The notes: generated by a model not told the origin, from the letters alone. 62,789 nt of DNA, filler included, from Stramenopiles sp. TOSAG23-6 (GCA_900128565.1; 15 parts of 15 records of this genome joined end to end with filler, not necessarily neighbours in it), one strand, 5' to 3'. Positions 1 through 11,398 are shown, counted from the first letter of the whole stretch. Numbers and translations: made by a program.

Positions 1-127
1 ATTTTGTACCTAACAAATTTTCAAAATTTTTTTTTGAAATATTTTTCCAAAATATTTTTTTTTTCATACTTAATTTTGTACCTAACAAATTCTATTTTTT
101 TTTTTGAAATATTTTTCCAAAATACAT

Positions 128-1622
128 CATCACGCACGTAGAAATTCTATGAGATTGTTTCTGAAACTCGTTTGTTTATTACCTAAATATCAAAACGAAA
201 ATACAAACAAGATTAAGAATTCTGGAGCAAAGGCATGTATGGTTTATTTGTTTTTAATTCTGATTTTGTTTTCGTACGTAATTTTGTACCTAACGAAAAA
301 ACAAATTTGAAATATTTTTCCAAAATACATGGGTCAATGATTTTCTTTTGAATACATCAAATTCGCAATCTTCAGATATTGTACATACTTTACATATTTC
401 AAGAAGTTTACATACTTTTGCTAAAAATCGAAATATAATTCCTGATTTTGGACTTGCTGTGCATGTACGTTTTCATTTCAATTTCGAATTTATTTTTTAC
501 TATGTAAATTTCGTACCTAACAAATTTCATCAATAAAAATATTTTTTCACAACACATGTTAGAAATTGTGCTTGGTGGGGTACTGCAATTTCATGGTTAG
601 AAGGATTAATTGCATCTATTGATTTTTATGATTGGATAATTAGGGCTAATCTCCAAAATATTGAAAATGTATTTACAATTCAACAAAGTGATACAAATAT
701 ATTGACCGGGAAACGCAAAATTAGGTATGCGGATACGAGTACGAGTACTAGTGATGCGTATAATATTGTTGATCGTATAAAACTTGCACTAGACAAGTTG
801 TTCCTGGCAGGAAAATTGAATTGTATGGGAGAATTTGAATATAATGACATCAACACATCGATGAGTCTTCCTCCTGTGTTGCTTTCTAAACTTTCCTCCG
901 TGAAAGCCGAATTTTTAATCAAATTATTCAATTTTTGTACACGTATTTTAATTGCAGATCCAACTCGATTGATGGAAAAAACTCAATCAGGTATTTCTGT
1001 GTTGAACGGGTCTTTCTATCATGTATTATTTTGTAGTGTTTTAAATCCTGGTATTTTTGGATTATTATATAGAGAAGCTGAAGGTGTTGATGCATTGCAG
1101 GAATCTACTCGAGAAATTTGCACAAAATTATGTTTTGTTTTTTCTAGTAGAGATTCAACGTCTACCGAAAACAATTTGCGTTTTAGCATGGAATTACAAA
1201 AATCCCATGATGTACTCAAAAGTATAATAAATGATGAATTGTACGGATTAAATGTACTGAATAAAACCGAAACTTCACATGCTAAACTAATTCCACTTTT
1301 ACGAGGATATAAATTATTGTGCAATTCTCGTTTAATTACAAATGACGTTTTATTATGGCATGATAAATCTTTGGGTAAAGAAATAAGCTCTTTTGATGTA
1401 TCAATTCAGATAGCAAAGAAATTATGTGGTGACGTGTCATTAGTTTCAAATGAATCAGATAGGATGACAAAAAAAAAAAAAATCTCCGAAAATGCAATGA
1501 TAAATGAGACTCCTCTGCAACTGGATATTTCACAGCATTTGTTTGATACTGCGATTAAATTGGGATGGCCTGTGTACAATTCGATATACAGTGTATTAAA
1601 TATTATTTTAGGATGTAGTAGT
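128..1622 (+). CDS. PRKDC: DNA-PKcs fragment, central HEAT region (exons 128-236, 331-464, 558-1622; partial)
   Basis: Spliced product HARRNSMRLFLKLVCLLP / SWLEGLIASIDFY / KAEFLIKLFNFCTRIL / SVLNPGIFG / LDISQHLFDTAIKLG resembles recalled human DNA-PKcs CRHKSIELFYKFVPLLP / WLDLLLAALECY / KCTVVVRIMEFTTTLL / LCEPASIGF / QLASGLLELAFAFG in the same order. Confidence 0.8.
237..330 (+). other. Intron, GT-AT (94 nt, contains no AG dinucleotide)
   Basis: GCA T|gtatgg...gtacctaac...aaaatacat|GG GTC restores the frame (A-W-V-N). Confidence 0.9.
465..557 (+). other. Intron, GT-AT
   Basis: CAT|gtacgt...cctaac...acaacacat|GTT AGA gives an open frame into the ORF at 702. Confidence 0.9.
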
Positions 1623-1738
1623 GTTTGTTTTCAAAATTTAATATTTTTATATTTAATTATTTTTTTTTGGAAGAAAATTTTGTACCTAATGATTTTTTTA
1701 CACCAAAAAAAATATATATATATTTTTTCACAATACTT

Positions 1739-3507
1739 GGCTGGTGCAATTCAATGTTTGTCATTTTTATTAACTTCATTTTCTTCGGCTGTTGGTGTCG
1801 ATACAAATAATTCAACAAGTACAGCAAATGAATCCATTATTATGGATTCACAAATGAAGAAGAAACTAGAGTTACGATTGAAGTTGTATACAATGGTTTG
1901 TACATTTTCATAATGAATTTAAAAAAAAAAATTTTGGTAGAAAATTTTGTACCTAACGAATTTTTTTAAACGATTTTTTTTTTCACAATATATGCGACTG
2001 GGGCATATATCTTCCAGAGGATATGTCAAGGTTTACTGTAGCTCAGGCATCATTACAATTAATTAGTAAACATGTACGTTTTCATGATTCATTTTTACCA
2101 ATTTCGAATTTATTTTTTTTTACCAATTTCGAATTTATTTTTTTTTTATCAATTTCGAATTTATTTTTTTTTCTTTTCCGTATAAAGTTGNTTTTTTTTT
2201 TTTANAAANTTCNCCNCCNAACNAATTTTGAATGTAGCATATTGTCACAATATATGCACATCTCTTCCGAAATGAAATGAAATCTAAAAATGCCATTGAA
2301 AATATATTTCATAGATTGTTAAAATGTTGCCATCATTATAGTAAAAAAACTTCAGATATTGGCAAGTTAGCTTTGAGTGCAGTTTTACACGAAATCTCTC
2401 TCAATTTGATAAAAGAATCGAATTTGGTAGATTCAAAATATTTATTTACATTTTTTATGAAAACATTTGCATCATTTCTTGTAGCTGATTCAAATGGATT
2501 TGATAGAATGATTAAAGTTCATATTGGAGTCACTGGTTTTGATATTTTTGCAACAGCTGTTTCAAAATTTGCACCAGATCAGGTCCCGGGTATCGTTCAA
2601 CAATTATTTCATTGTTATGACAGAATAATTCTACAACATAAAAATAAAAAGAGTGATAATAACCCTAACCATAATACAAAAACGTACCAAAATTTCGTAT
2701 CAAATGATAAAGTAGATGAAAGTAGTACAAATAATGTCAAAGAAGCGAAGAGTAAACATAAATTTGATTTTATTAAAAATCGATGGAGTGTCGCATCACT
2801 AATATTAATGAAATGTGGATGTACGTTTTCAAAATTGAATTTTTTATCTATATTTTTTTTATGGGAAATTGTATACCTAACATTTTTTTTTTTACGAAAA
2901 AAAAAAAAAAAAAAAAAAAAAAATTCACAGTATATATTTATCAGCCATTTCGTCATACTTACAATTTCTATCACTGAAAGAATTAGGTAAGAATATGCAA
3001 CTTCGTATTGAACATATAATTCAAGAACTTATTCTAGATTTTCCGAGTATTCATGAAAAACAAAGAATTCACTTAATTCAAGCTTTATTATGTATGTTTT
3101 CAAAATTGAATGTCTAATTTGTTTTTTCATACGAAATTATATACCTAACAATTTTTACAAAACAAAATATTTTTTCATAAGACATGTATGTTTTCAAAAT
3201 TGAGTTTTTTGAATTTTTTTTTTTCGTACTACAATTTGTACCTAACAAAATAACAATATATATTTTTTCACAATACATCAATATTTGTGTCACTTTTGGA
3301 CAAAGGATGTGTTTGTTTTATTTTTTTTCAAATTCGATTTTTTTTTTTTGGTTTTTATAAAAATTTTGTACCTAACAAATTTTTTTAGATTTTTTTTCAA
3401 AAATATTTTTCCAAAATACATTTCGTGATAAAAGGACAGCTGCTATTGGGTTTTTTCAATTACTTACTTTGAAAAGTAAACACAATTTGGTGGACATTCA
3501 ACAAAAT
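1739..3507 (+). CDS. PRKDC: DNA-PKcs fragment, N-terminal HEAT region (exons 1739-1899, 1994-2073, 2256-2820, 2936-3091, 3279-3308, 3422-3507; partial)
   Basis: LAGAIQCLSFLLTSFS / DMSRFTVAQASLQLISKHA / IFHRLLKCCHH / ELILDFPSI / SIFVSLLDKG resembles recalled DNA-PKcs N-terminal motifs VLAGCLKGLSSLL / DLKRYAVPSAGLRLFALHA / LFEVLLKWCAH / MQIDSFPQY / KVFLALAAKG. Confidence 0.78.
1900..1993 (+). other. Intron, GT-AT
   Basis: GTT T|gtacat...cacaatatat|GC GAC TGG joins in frame to DMSRF. Confidence 0.85.
2821..2935 (+). other. Intron, GT-AT (a CAG 5 nt upstream of the end is not used)
   Basis: GGA T|gtacgt...cacagtatat|AT TTA TCA is open; splicing at the CAG leads to a TGA stop. Confidence 0.88.
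3092..3278 (+). other. Two abutting GT-AT intron units (3092-3185, 3186-3278) with no exon between them
   Basis: Each unit has its own gtatgttttcaaaattga donor, cctaac branch point and 3' box; removing both gives LL-S-IFVSLLDKG. Confidence 0.85.
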
Positions 3508-4113
3508 GTATGTTTTTTTCAAAAAAAAAAAAAATATTTCAATTTTTTTTTTCGTAGTAAATTTTGTACCTAACAAAAAAAAAATATATATATTTCTTNN
3601 NNNNNNNNNNNNNNNNNNNNNNNNNNNNNNNNNNNNNNNNNNNNNNNNNNNNNNNNNNNNNNNNNNNNNNNNNNNNNNNNNNNNNNNNNNNNNNNNNNNN
3701 NNNNNNNNNNNNNNNNNNNNNNNNNNNNNNNNNNNNNNNNNNNNNNNNNNNNTTTTTAAAAAAAAAAAAAAAAAAAAAAAATTTATATTTTTTATTGCTG
3801 TACATTTAAAAAAAACAATATTTCTAACCCTAACCCTAATCAGTTATGTAGAAGTAGTGGAATAATGAAATTATAGCCAAAACCTTTCATGATGCTTTGA
3901 TGTGCTTGTTGTACTTTCGACAATAGCTTTTTTTTATGAACTTTTACTGTTTTTTTCTCTAGTAAAAGTTGCTATTTTAAGTATTGTATAGGCTATATTT
4001 AAGTATCAAATATTGTAATAAAAAGGTTTTCATTCTAGAAAGATTTTTATTATTTTTTCATACGAAAATTTGTACCTAACAATTTTTTTTTTTTTTTTGT
4101 AGTATATTTCAAT

Positions 4114-4213
4114 NNNNNNNNNNNNNNNNNNNNNNNNNNNNNNNNNNNNNNNNNNNNTTAATTAATTAANNNNNNNNNNNNNNNNNNNNNNNNNNNNNNN
4201 NNNNNNNNNNNNN
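4114..4213. other. Artificial contig spacer N44-TTAATTAATTAA-N44 (14 copies in the window)
   Basis: An identical 100-nt linker carrying six-frame stops recurs about every 4.2 kb; flanking contigs decrease in length from ~4113 to ~4072 nt. Confidence 0.97.
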
Positions 4214-6477
4214 TTTCATTATTTTCATTATTTTCATTATTTTCATTATTTTCATTATTTTCATTATTAGTTGTTAGACATGTTTCGTTCATCTCTGCAA
4301 CATCATTTGTTTCTTTTTGTTCAGTTTTATACATGTCAGATTTCGTGTTGTATATATCTTGTGTTTCATTATTATTATTATGATTATCCAAACTGCCAAT
4401 GACGTTACTACACTGTACATTCGATTTTGATTGAAATTGTTTAAAAAAATCTTCTTCCCCAGGATGGAGCCAACGTTCACTTTTACGAGCAATAACGCTA
4501 CATTTTGGATATTTTGGAGTATTTAACGGAGTATTTAACTCTGATGTAACAAACTTCGTTCCTTCATGACACGAAATCTTATTTCTTTTATCAAGTTTTT
4601 CTTGTGCCAAACGTCTTCTATCTTGTTCAGCTCTCCAATATACTACTAATGAAGGTACGTATTTAAAAGCTTGGCTACTATCCACTCCATCACCCACTGA
4701 TAATGTTGATTTTTGACTTATTTCTATATCACTATTCTTTGAATGTAAATTATTTGAATTTTCTATTGAAGTAGTTGGTGGTGTATCAAATTCTCTAGGT
4801 GAGGAAGATTTGGTACGAAATTTCGTACCAAATCCACCAAAACGTCGGAGTCTTCGATTTTGAATCTTTTCTGCAATAATGTCAAATTCTACAACACAAT
4901 TTGACGTTGGACAAAAATTGAATACATTCTCATTTGAAGCATTTGAAATATTTTCATGTTTTTTCAAATGATTTTGATTTGTTTGATTGGTTTGCTTAGG
5001 GTTAGGGTTACTTAAATCTACACCCTCATCTTCAGTGAGAGAAAAATCAAAGTCTTCAATATTTATGTATTTTGGAAAAATATTTCAAAAAAATCCAAAA
5101 AAAATTGTTAGGTACAAAATTTCGTACGAAAAAAAAAATCGATTTTTTTGTAAAAAAAAAAATAAAACATACATACCTCTAAGAATAGGATGAACTTCTG
5201 TTTTAGGGTTAGGGTTAGGATGAACTTCTGTTTTTGACTCTAGCGCAACACTTTGTGAAACATTTGTACCAATGTTTGTATCGTTTTGTATATTAGGGTT
5301 AGGGTTTTGCATTTTTTTTTGAACAGGTTTATGTTCAATGCAAGATAATTCATGTATTGTAGGAATATATACATATATTTTTTAGTTTTTTTGTTAGGTA
5401 CAAAATTTCGTATAAAAAAAAAATCTGTAAAAAATTCATTAGGGTTAGGGTTAGGAAAAACGTACGTGTGCTTCAACTTCTTTATACGTACCAATATACC
5501 CACAATTAAATTCACATTCATGTATTGCGAAGATAAATCTCTATATATGTATACATAAATTTGTTAGGTACAAAATTTTGCGAGGAAAAAAAAATAAGAT
5601 AAAATATTCAATTTTGAAAACGTACATATATCATCAAATGAGAATCACTCGCATCATGAGGGTTAGGGTTTGCATCATTTACCTTTTTGTTATCTAGATG
5701 TTTTTCATCAATATTTGCATTTATATTTTTTGATTCTTTTGTACTTTTTGTAGTACATGAAGTCTGTATTGACTCTGTTGACATTAAATGTAATTGGTTA
5801 GAGGAAGAAGAGGCCTCAGAAATATCAACTTGCTTCTCAATACCAGAAATAAAACTTTCCTGCCCAAGATTAATGTTATGATTACGAAAACAAATATCAC
5901 AGAGGTTTAAGTGGACATAACCCATTCCAGAAAGGCTATAATCAGCTAAAAACTGATGAATATATGGAACATGTGACTCAAATGGAAGAAACCTAAACGA
6001 TTTTCCATGCAATGAGACTCCTGTCGATGCACGTTTTGAAACCTTTTTCACATCGTCTGGGTTTCGTAGAGTGACGAGCAGAAACCAGCTAGGTTCATGA
6101 TAGCCATAGAAATTTATACGACGAACAAATTCAATATCAATGACTTCACGACCAAGTTGTTTAGTACGTCGGAGAGCAGAAATTATTTTATTACGCGAAA
6201 CTTCTTCACTATTACCAAATTCATCGAATAATTCCTGTGGACATTGCAAATAGAAATATGGTTTCACGCCATGTATGTGTACTACTGCTTTCTTTCCATC
6301 CGATGTTGCCCCATATACTCTTATTACAGGCGCAACCAATTCTTTTAATCTATACATTTTGGAAGAAACATCCTCAAGTAAAACCTCTTCACCTGTTTGT
6401 GTGTCCATCATATAGTGTTCAAGGTACAGCAGTTGTACAGTGTACAACGAAGACGCTTTCAATGATGTCTCACTCAT
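4214..6477 (-). CDS. REV3: DNA polymerase zeta catalytic subunit, N-terminal part (exons 6477-5626, 5519-5466, 5351-5173, 5064-4214; 3' truncated)
   Basis: PVIRVYGATSDGKKAVVHIHGVKPYFY, FYGYHE and FESHVPYIHQFLADYSLSGMG are REV3 N-terminal motifs; three GT-AT introns (5520-5625, 5352-5465, 5065-5172) restore the frame. Confidence 0.85.
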
Positions 6478-6775
6478 ATTCCTTCATACAGTGTATTACT
6501 CGAGATATTATTCAAACATAGCATCAAAAATCAAGTATGATAACCTTTATCAAAATCCTAAAGCTAGAAACATAGAATGTATAGATTTATTAGAAGTTTT
6601 GGTTATAAAAAGAGTACGAGGAGGTACACATGTTTATTCGAAAAAATTGACTGAATCAGGAGAAATCAGGAGTGAAAAAAAAAAACACAAAACGCATAGT
6701 ACATAGTACAATACAATACAATAACGTATAAAGCATCACATCATATATGCTATAAAGAATACTTTTTTTTTATTA

Positions 6776-7620
6776 CTACAACCCGCCTAGCAATCTTTTT
6801 TCTGCTACAAACTTTTTCCTTATCGCTTTTGCGTTTGCAGATTCAAATTCAACTGGAAAAAATTTATTCGCATCAGCAGTTAATTTTTTAATATCATCCA
6901 CTCTAGAAAACTGACTAGCAATGTATTTTGGAAAAATATTTCAAAAAAAATCTAAAAAAAAATGTTAGGTACAAAATTTCGTATGAAAAAAAATTCGATT
7001 TTTTTGTTAAAAAAAAAAATAAAACATACACAGCTTTCATCAATATATTGATATCATCAGGTTCTACTTCGGCATAGAGATTACGCATATATTGTAAAAG
7101 AATATTTTCAAAATTTGATTTTGTTTTGTTAGGTACAGAATTTTTGAAATAAAAAAACAAATAAATTCGAAATTCATGAAGAAACACGTACATTGCATTC
7201 AAAAGAGCTTTGAGTGCATCAGCTCGTTCAGACTCCAATTTTGTTCGTAAAGTGGATAAATCAGTGTAGAGAGTTTTTGGGATGCATTTTGAAAGAATCT
7301 ATCAAATTTAAGTTTTAGTTAGTAGGTATAGTAGATATGGAATGTGCTACAAGAAAAAAAATTAAAGTACAATATTGTTAGGGTTAGGGTTTGTTGTTAG
7401 GGTTAGGGGTAGAAAACATACATAATATCCAGAGCTTTTTCTGGAAATATCTTCTTTGCGTGTTTAAGGAGAAATTGAATATCTTCAAGAGTTGGTATTT
7501 CTTCATAAATTCCTTTCACTATGCCTTCAATAGACTCTATTTTAATACAATCAAAATATAATACTCTAAGTTTCAACTCTAACTCGGCTTTAAGTTTTTT
7601 CTTTTCATTTTCTCGCCTCA
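6776..7620 (-). CDS. Unknown helical protein C-terminus (exons 7620-7422, 7281-7192, 7086-7030, 6920-6776); either a PI3K extension or a separate mis-joined gene
   Basis: Open frame across GT-AT introns 7282-7421, 7087-7191 and 6921-7029 to a TAG stop; two similar ~70-aa helical units. Confidence 0.6.
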
Positions 7621-7738
7621 ATGTATTTTGGAAAAATATTTCAAAAAAAAAATCTAAAAAAAATTGTTAGGTACAACATTTTTTTACCAAAAAAAAAAAA
7701 AAATCGAATTTCGAATTTAAAAAAAAAATAAAACATAC

Positions 7739-8212
7739 ATTATCAATTCGTCTTGTTATGTCACTGATGGCATTATCAATCAGCTTACGAAACCATTCAC
7801 GTGCCTCTTTTTCAGTAAGCTCTAGTTGCAGCATTTCCCGCATAAACTCTAAATCTCTCTGACCACAGAGCTCCGGTAATTGCATGCACTATGAAAAAAT
7901 ATTAAAAAAAAAACTCGTTAGGTACAAAATTTCGTACGAAAAAAAAATGAATTTGAAATTCAATATGAGAACCTACATCGGAATAGCCATTGAAAATAAA
8001 TGTAAAAGAACTCGATGAGAGCGGCGTGCAAGAATAAAGGCATTCAGTGCCAAATCAGCAAATTCTTTCAACTTTTCTGTGCCAGAGCTTCCAGCAGATA
8101 TAGCAGAAACCATTCCAGGATCAAGTACAAACCTACATCTTTCACGTCGATATCCTTTCATTGCCATTGTTGAACCGAGAAAATGTCCAAAATCAATATG
8201 AAAAAGCCGACC
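7739..8212 (-). CDS. Phosphoinositide 3-kinase (class I-like), C-terminal part of kinase domain (exons 8212-7977, 7883-7739)
   Basis: GRLFHIDFGHFLG...RRER.RFVL...LFSMAIPMQLPEL...LELTEKEAREWF. Intron 7884-7976 must end in AT; using the upstream AG frameshifts LPEL. Confidence 0.88.
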
Positions 8213-8424
8213 ATGTATTTTGGAAAAATATTTCAAAACAAATCTAAAAAAAATTGTTAGGTACAAAAATTTTTTTTTCCGTAAAAAAAAAAAAAATAAA
8301 TTCAATTTCAAATTTAAAAAAAAANNNNNNNNNNNNNNNNNNNNNNNNNNNNNNNNNNNNNNNNNNNNTTAATTAATTAANNNNNNNNNNNNNNNNNNNN
8401 NNNNNNNNNNNNNNNNNNNNNNNN

Positions 8425-9373
8425 GGTTGTCTGCCAAGTCCAACCAATGGAGATTTGTTAGTTGACCAATTTGATTTGGTATTGGACCAGTTAGGTTGTT
8501 CCTATACAAGTACAATTTTTCGAGATTTGTTAGTTGACCAATTTCTTTTGGTATTGGACCAGTTAGTTTGTTGTTTCTCAAGTTCAGATGTTTGAGATTT
8601 GTTAGATGACCAATTTCAGTTGGAATTGGACCAGATAGTTTGTTGCCAGACAAGTACAATTTAGTAACACTTCCTTCAGTACACGTAACTCCATACCAGT
8701 CACAAATATCTGCATTTGTTTTCCAATTTTGTTTATGCTCCCAAAAATCTCCCTTTGTATTATCATACAATAAAGTTAAAGCTTCTTTTTCCAATAACTT
8801 ATTATGCATATCTTCTTGACGCCTTAGCCATTCGTCACAGGTTTCGTTTTCCATTCTTGTGAGGTTGGTTATTTTTACGTTGAGGCGTTTAAAACTTTCA
8901 AAAAACATTCTATACATTCTGTTTATTCTCTTCACACGGTATAGCCACTTCAATAAAGGTTCATCTTGTCTTTGTTTGGTGAGTTCTTTCATTTGATCGG
9001 TAAGTTCTTTCATTTGATTTTCTTCAGTGGTGTTTTCTCGAAATATTGCGACAAGTTTCGTTATCAAGTTATTTGCTTCTTGCTTAATATCTTTACTGAT
9101 ATTCTGATATATCACAGTATTTGTAGCAGAAAGAGACGATATGTCNGACGGAGTAAGAAATTGTCGTCTTAGNTGGCGCATCGTATCAGCGTTATCCGTG
9201 AACTGTTGCTCACCAACAGATTGATTTGCAAGACTATCAGCAGTAGTAGAAACATGGGGTCGTTTAGCGAGAGGGGTTAGGTTTTGTGAAGCATTGACAA
9301 GAGAAATCAACATTAATAGTAATATGAGAGAAGTGCATGGAGTGAGAAAGATTGTCATGATGTTCTCTTTCAA
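8425..9373 (-). CDS. Secreted or receptor-like LRR protein (3' truncated)
   Basis: Hydrophobic N-terminus, LRRNT-like CDWYGVTC, and repeats LxxLxLxxNxLTGPIPxEIGxL; no introns. Confidence 0.85.
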
Positions 9374-9577
9374 TCAAAAGTAATACCTTTATGTTTGTAT
9401 CAATTAGGTCAAACGGCTAGTTCCTAAGTCAGCTGACAAAATAGCACAAACCTGTTACAGACATATTTTTTTTGACAGTAACTGTTTCTTCTTGTCAACA
9501 GTTACTCGTTACAAGGATACTTACAGCGACATCCGCGAACATTTTGGTTTTGCTTGAGCAGCACCAAAGCTGTATCG

Positions 9578-11356
9578 ATGTCGTGGGGTAAATCGAAGAC
9601 TTCGCGATTCGGTTGGTTTTATGAGGATAAACCCGATAATTGTCGTGTTGGTCCAGGNACCTACAAAAGGCGAAGTGCAATTCGNCAAACTNTACGCCAT
9701 CCTCGGGGAGTTTTCAGTACAATAGAAAGNGAATGTTCAACTCCTTTGTATACATCTCAAAATAGATATTTTTTAGGAGATGAAAAACCAAAACAACGAC
9801 GACCTCGAGTACCTACATTTCTTGAGTTATTTGGTCGAGAACCACGAAGACGGCCGCCGAGACCAGAGTCTTTCTCAACGAATTTGAATAGATCAAAAAC
9901 ACGAAATCGTATAGCGGGAGGACGAAGAACACGTTGGCAACCAAAAGGAGGAGAAATCCCACTTCGACCTAGGTTGTCCAAATCTAGAAGTATTAACTCT
10001 ACCAATAGTAAGATTCCAGTAAAAGTTGTACTTCAAAATAAGTTAGCTACAAGAAATAGAAAAAAGTCAAATAACGCATCAGAAATTGTTATCAGTAGTA
10101 AAAAAAAAGTTTCAGTAAGTAGTCATAAAAATATCAAAAAGAAAATCAATAGGAATGTAGCTCAGCCGAGGAAAAATAATGGTAATTATTTAAATAAGAA
10201 CGTANCAAAGAGCAATGTAAGTAGGAAAAATAAAGTAATGAGATTTAGTGCAACGAGAGAGCCTAGAAGTAATAAGTTATTACAAAAAAACGCCCAAAAA
10301 ACTAAAGTTGAGATTCGCGTTAAATCGTCGTCTCGTTCCAATCGTTCCAATCGAACAAATGGGTTTATGACAGTACCCAAATCCAGATCAAATTTTGTCA
10401 AAGGAAAAAGAGAAATCGGAGTAAAATCTGTATCAAATGGATCTATAAAGAAGAACATTTCAATACCGATGAAAGCATCAAAGATAAATTCCAAAGGTCA
10501 AATTGCACCACGAAAACCACCGAAACAAATTGAAGATGAAAAACCACCGAAACAAGTTGAAGAAGAAAATAGTAGAAAGATACAAATAGTGAAACCAAAT
10601 GAGCAAAAAGTAGTACAAAAAAAGAAAATTATACTAAATCAAAATAAACCAAAAAAGAAACTTATATTTCAAAAGAATACTGATCGATCAATTTCTGTTG
10701 AAGATGTAAACAAAAGTGGTGACACTCAGCAAATTTCAAATTCGTTAGGTTCGAAATTAGGTACGGATTCAACCCTNAATATAAAGAACGACAAGAGTAT
10801 ACATCAAAACAATCCATCAAAATCTATTCAAGGCGCAGATATTTATGATAACGACAGCTTTCATGATGATTCAGAAGGAAGGAGTGATGATGATTTTGAA
10901 AAAGAAGATAGTATAGAGTATACCAAAGATGATGATTTTGAGGAAAGTCAATCAATGAGTGACTCTTTGAGTGATGCCCAAGCAGCTGCTGTATGGAAAC
11001 GCGAAATGCGTGAGAGAGAGCANTATATGATAGCNATGAAACAAAGACAAATTCAAAATGCAGCTGCTTTAAAGAATAGACAAACTTATGTACCCTCAAA
11101 TTCTGATTCTTCAACATCAAAGAAAAAATTAGTTCGACCTGGTGTTTTATTTGTCAAAGGTGGAAAGTACGAAGACAGTAGCAGTGCTAGTGACCATGAT
11201 GTTACCGATGAAGATTTTGAGAGTGATTCATCCTCTATGCGATCTCGTAGCACTGGAAGAAGTGAATCCAATAGACGCCATGATAGAAGTTTCGATAGCT
11301 TATCNAGTAGGAGTATACAAAGTGACGATGATTCATTTGAGTCTAGTACAGAATAA
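9578..11356 (+). CDS. Low-complexity basic then acidic protein, unknown function
   Basis: About 590-codon intronless ORF, K/R/S-rich then D/S-rich; first ATG at 9578. Confidence 0.65.
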   Translation: MSWGKSKTSRFGWFYEDKPDNCRVGPXTYKRRSAIXQTXRHPRGVFSTIEXECSTPLYTSQNRYFLGDEKPKQRRPRVPTFLELFGREPRRRPPRPESFSTNLNRSKTRNRIAGGRRTRWQPKGGEIPLRPRLSKSRSINSTNSKIPVKVVLQNKLATRNRKKSNNASEIVISSKKKVSVSSHKNIKKKINRNVAQPRKNNGNYLNKNVXKSNVSRKNKVMRFSATREPRSNKLLQKNAQKTKVEIRVKSSSRSNRSNRTNGFMTVPKSRSNFVKGKREIGVKSVSNGSIKKNISIPMKASKINSKGQIAPRKPPKQIEDEKPPKQVEEENSRKIQIVKPNEQKVVQKKKIILNQNKPKKKLIFQKNTDRSISVEDVNKSGDTQQISNSLGSKLGTDSTXNIKNDKSIHQNNPSKSIQGADIYDNDSFHDDSEGRSDDDFEKEDSIEYTKDDDFEESQSMSDSLSDAQAAAVWKREMREREXYMIXMKQRQIQNAAALKNRQTYVPSNSDSSTSKKKLVRPGVLFVKGGKYEDSSSASDHDVTDEDFESDSSSMRSRSTGRSESNRRHDRSFDSLXSRSIQSDDDSFESSTE

Positions 11357-11398
11357 ATTATTCATTTGAGTCTAGTACAAAATAAATTGAATTTCCTT

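Noticed and set aside
235-328. Introns read as U12-type AT-AC (ATGTAT...AATAC)
   Set aside because: There is no ATATCCTT donor or TCCTTAAC branch point. The AT before GT is variable, and the 2-nt shift at 26102 would create a TAA stop.
237-330. Inserts as ciliate-type DNA-eliminated sequences
   Set aside because: They follow the coding strand and carry donor and branch-point signals, which fits RNA splicing. The genetic code is also standard.
4158-4169. TTAATTAATTAA recurring every ~4.2 kb as a biological motif
   Set aside because: It is always centred in N-runs of fixed length and supplies six-frame stops; it is an artificial linker. Gene neighbourhoods across it mean nothing.
5085-5200. 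Recurrent peptides YEILYLT, RNFVPN, TKFCT and KYFSKIH as a protein domain
   Set aside because: They are translations of the intron consensus in different frames.
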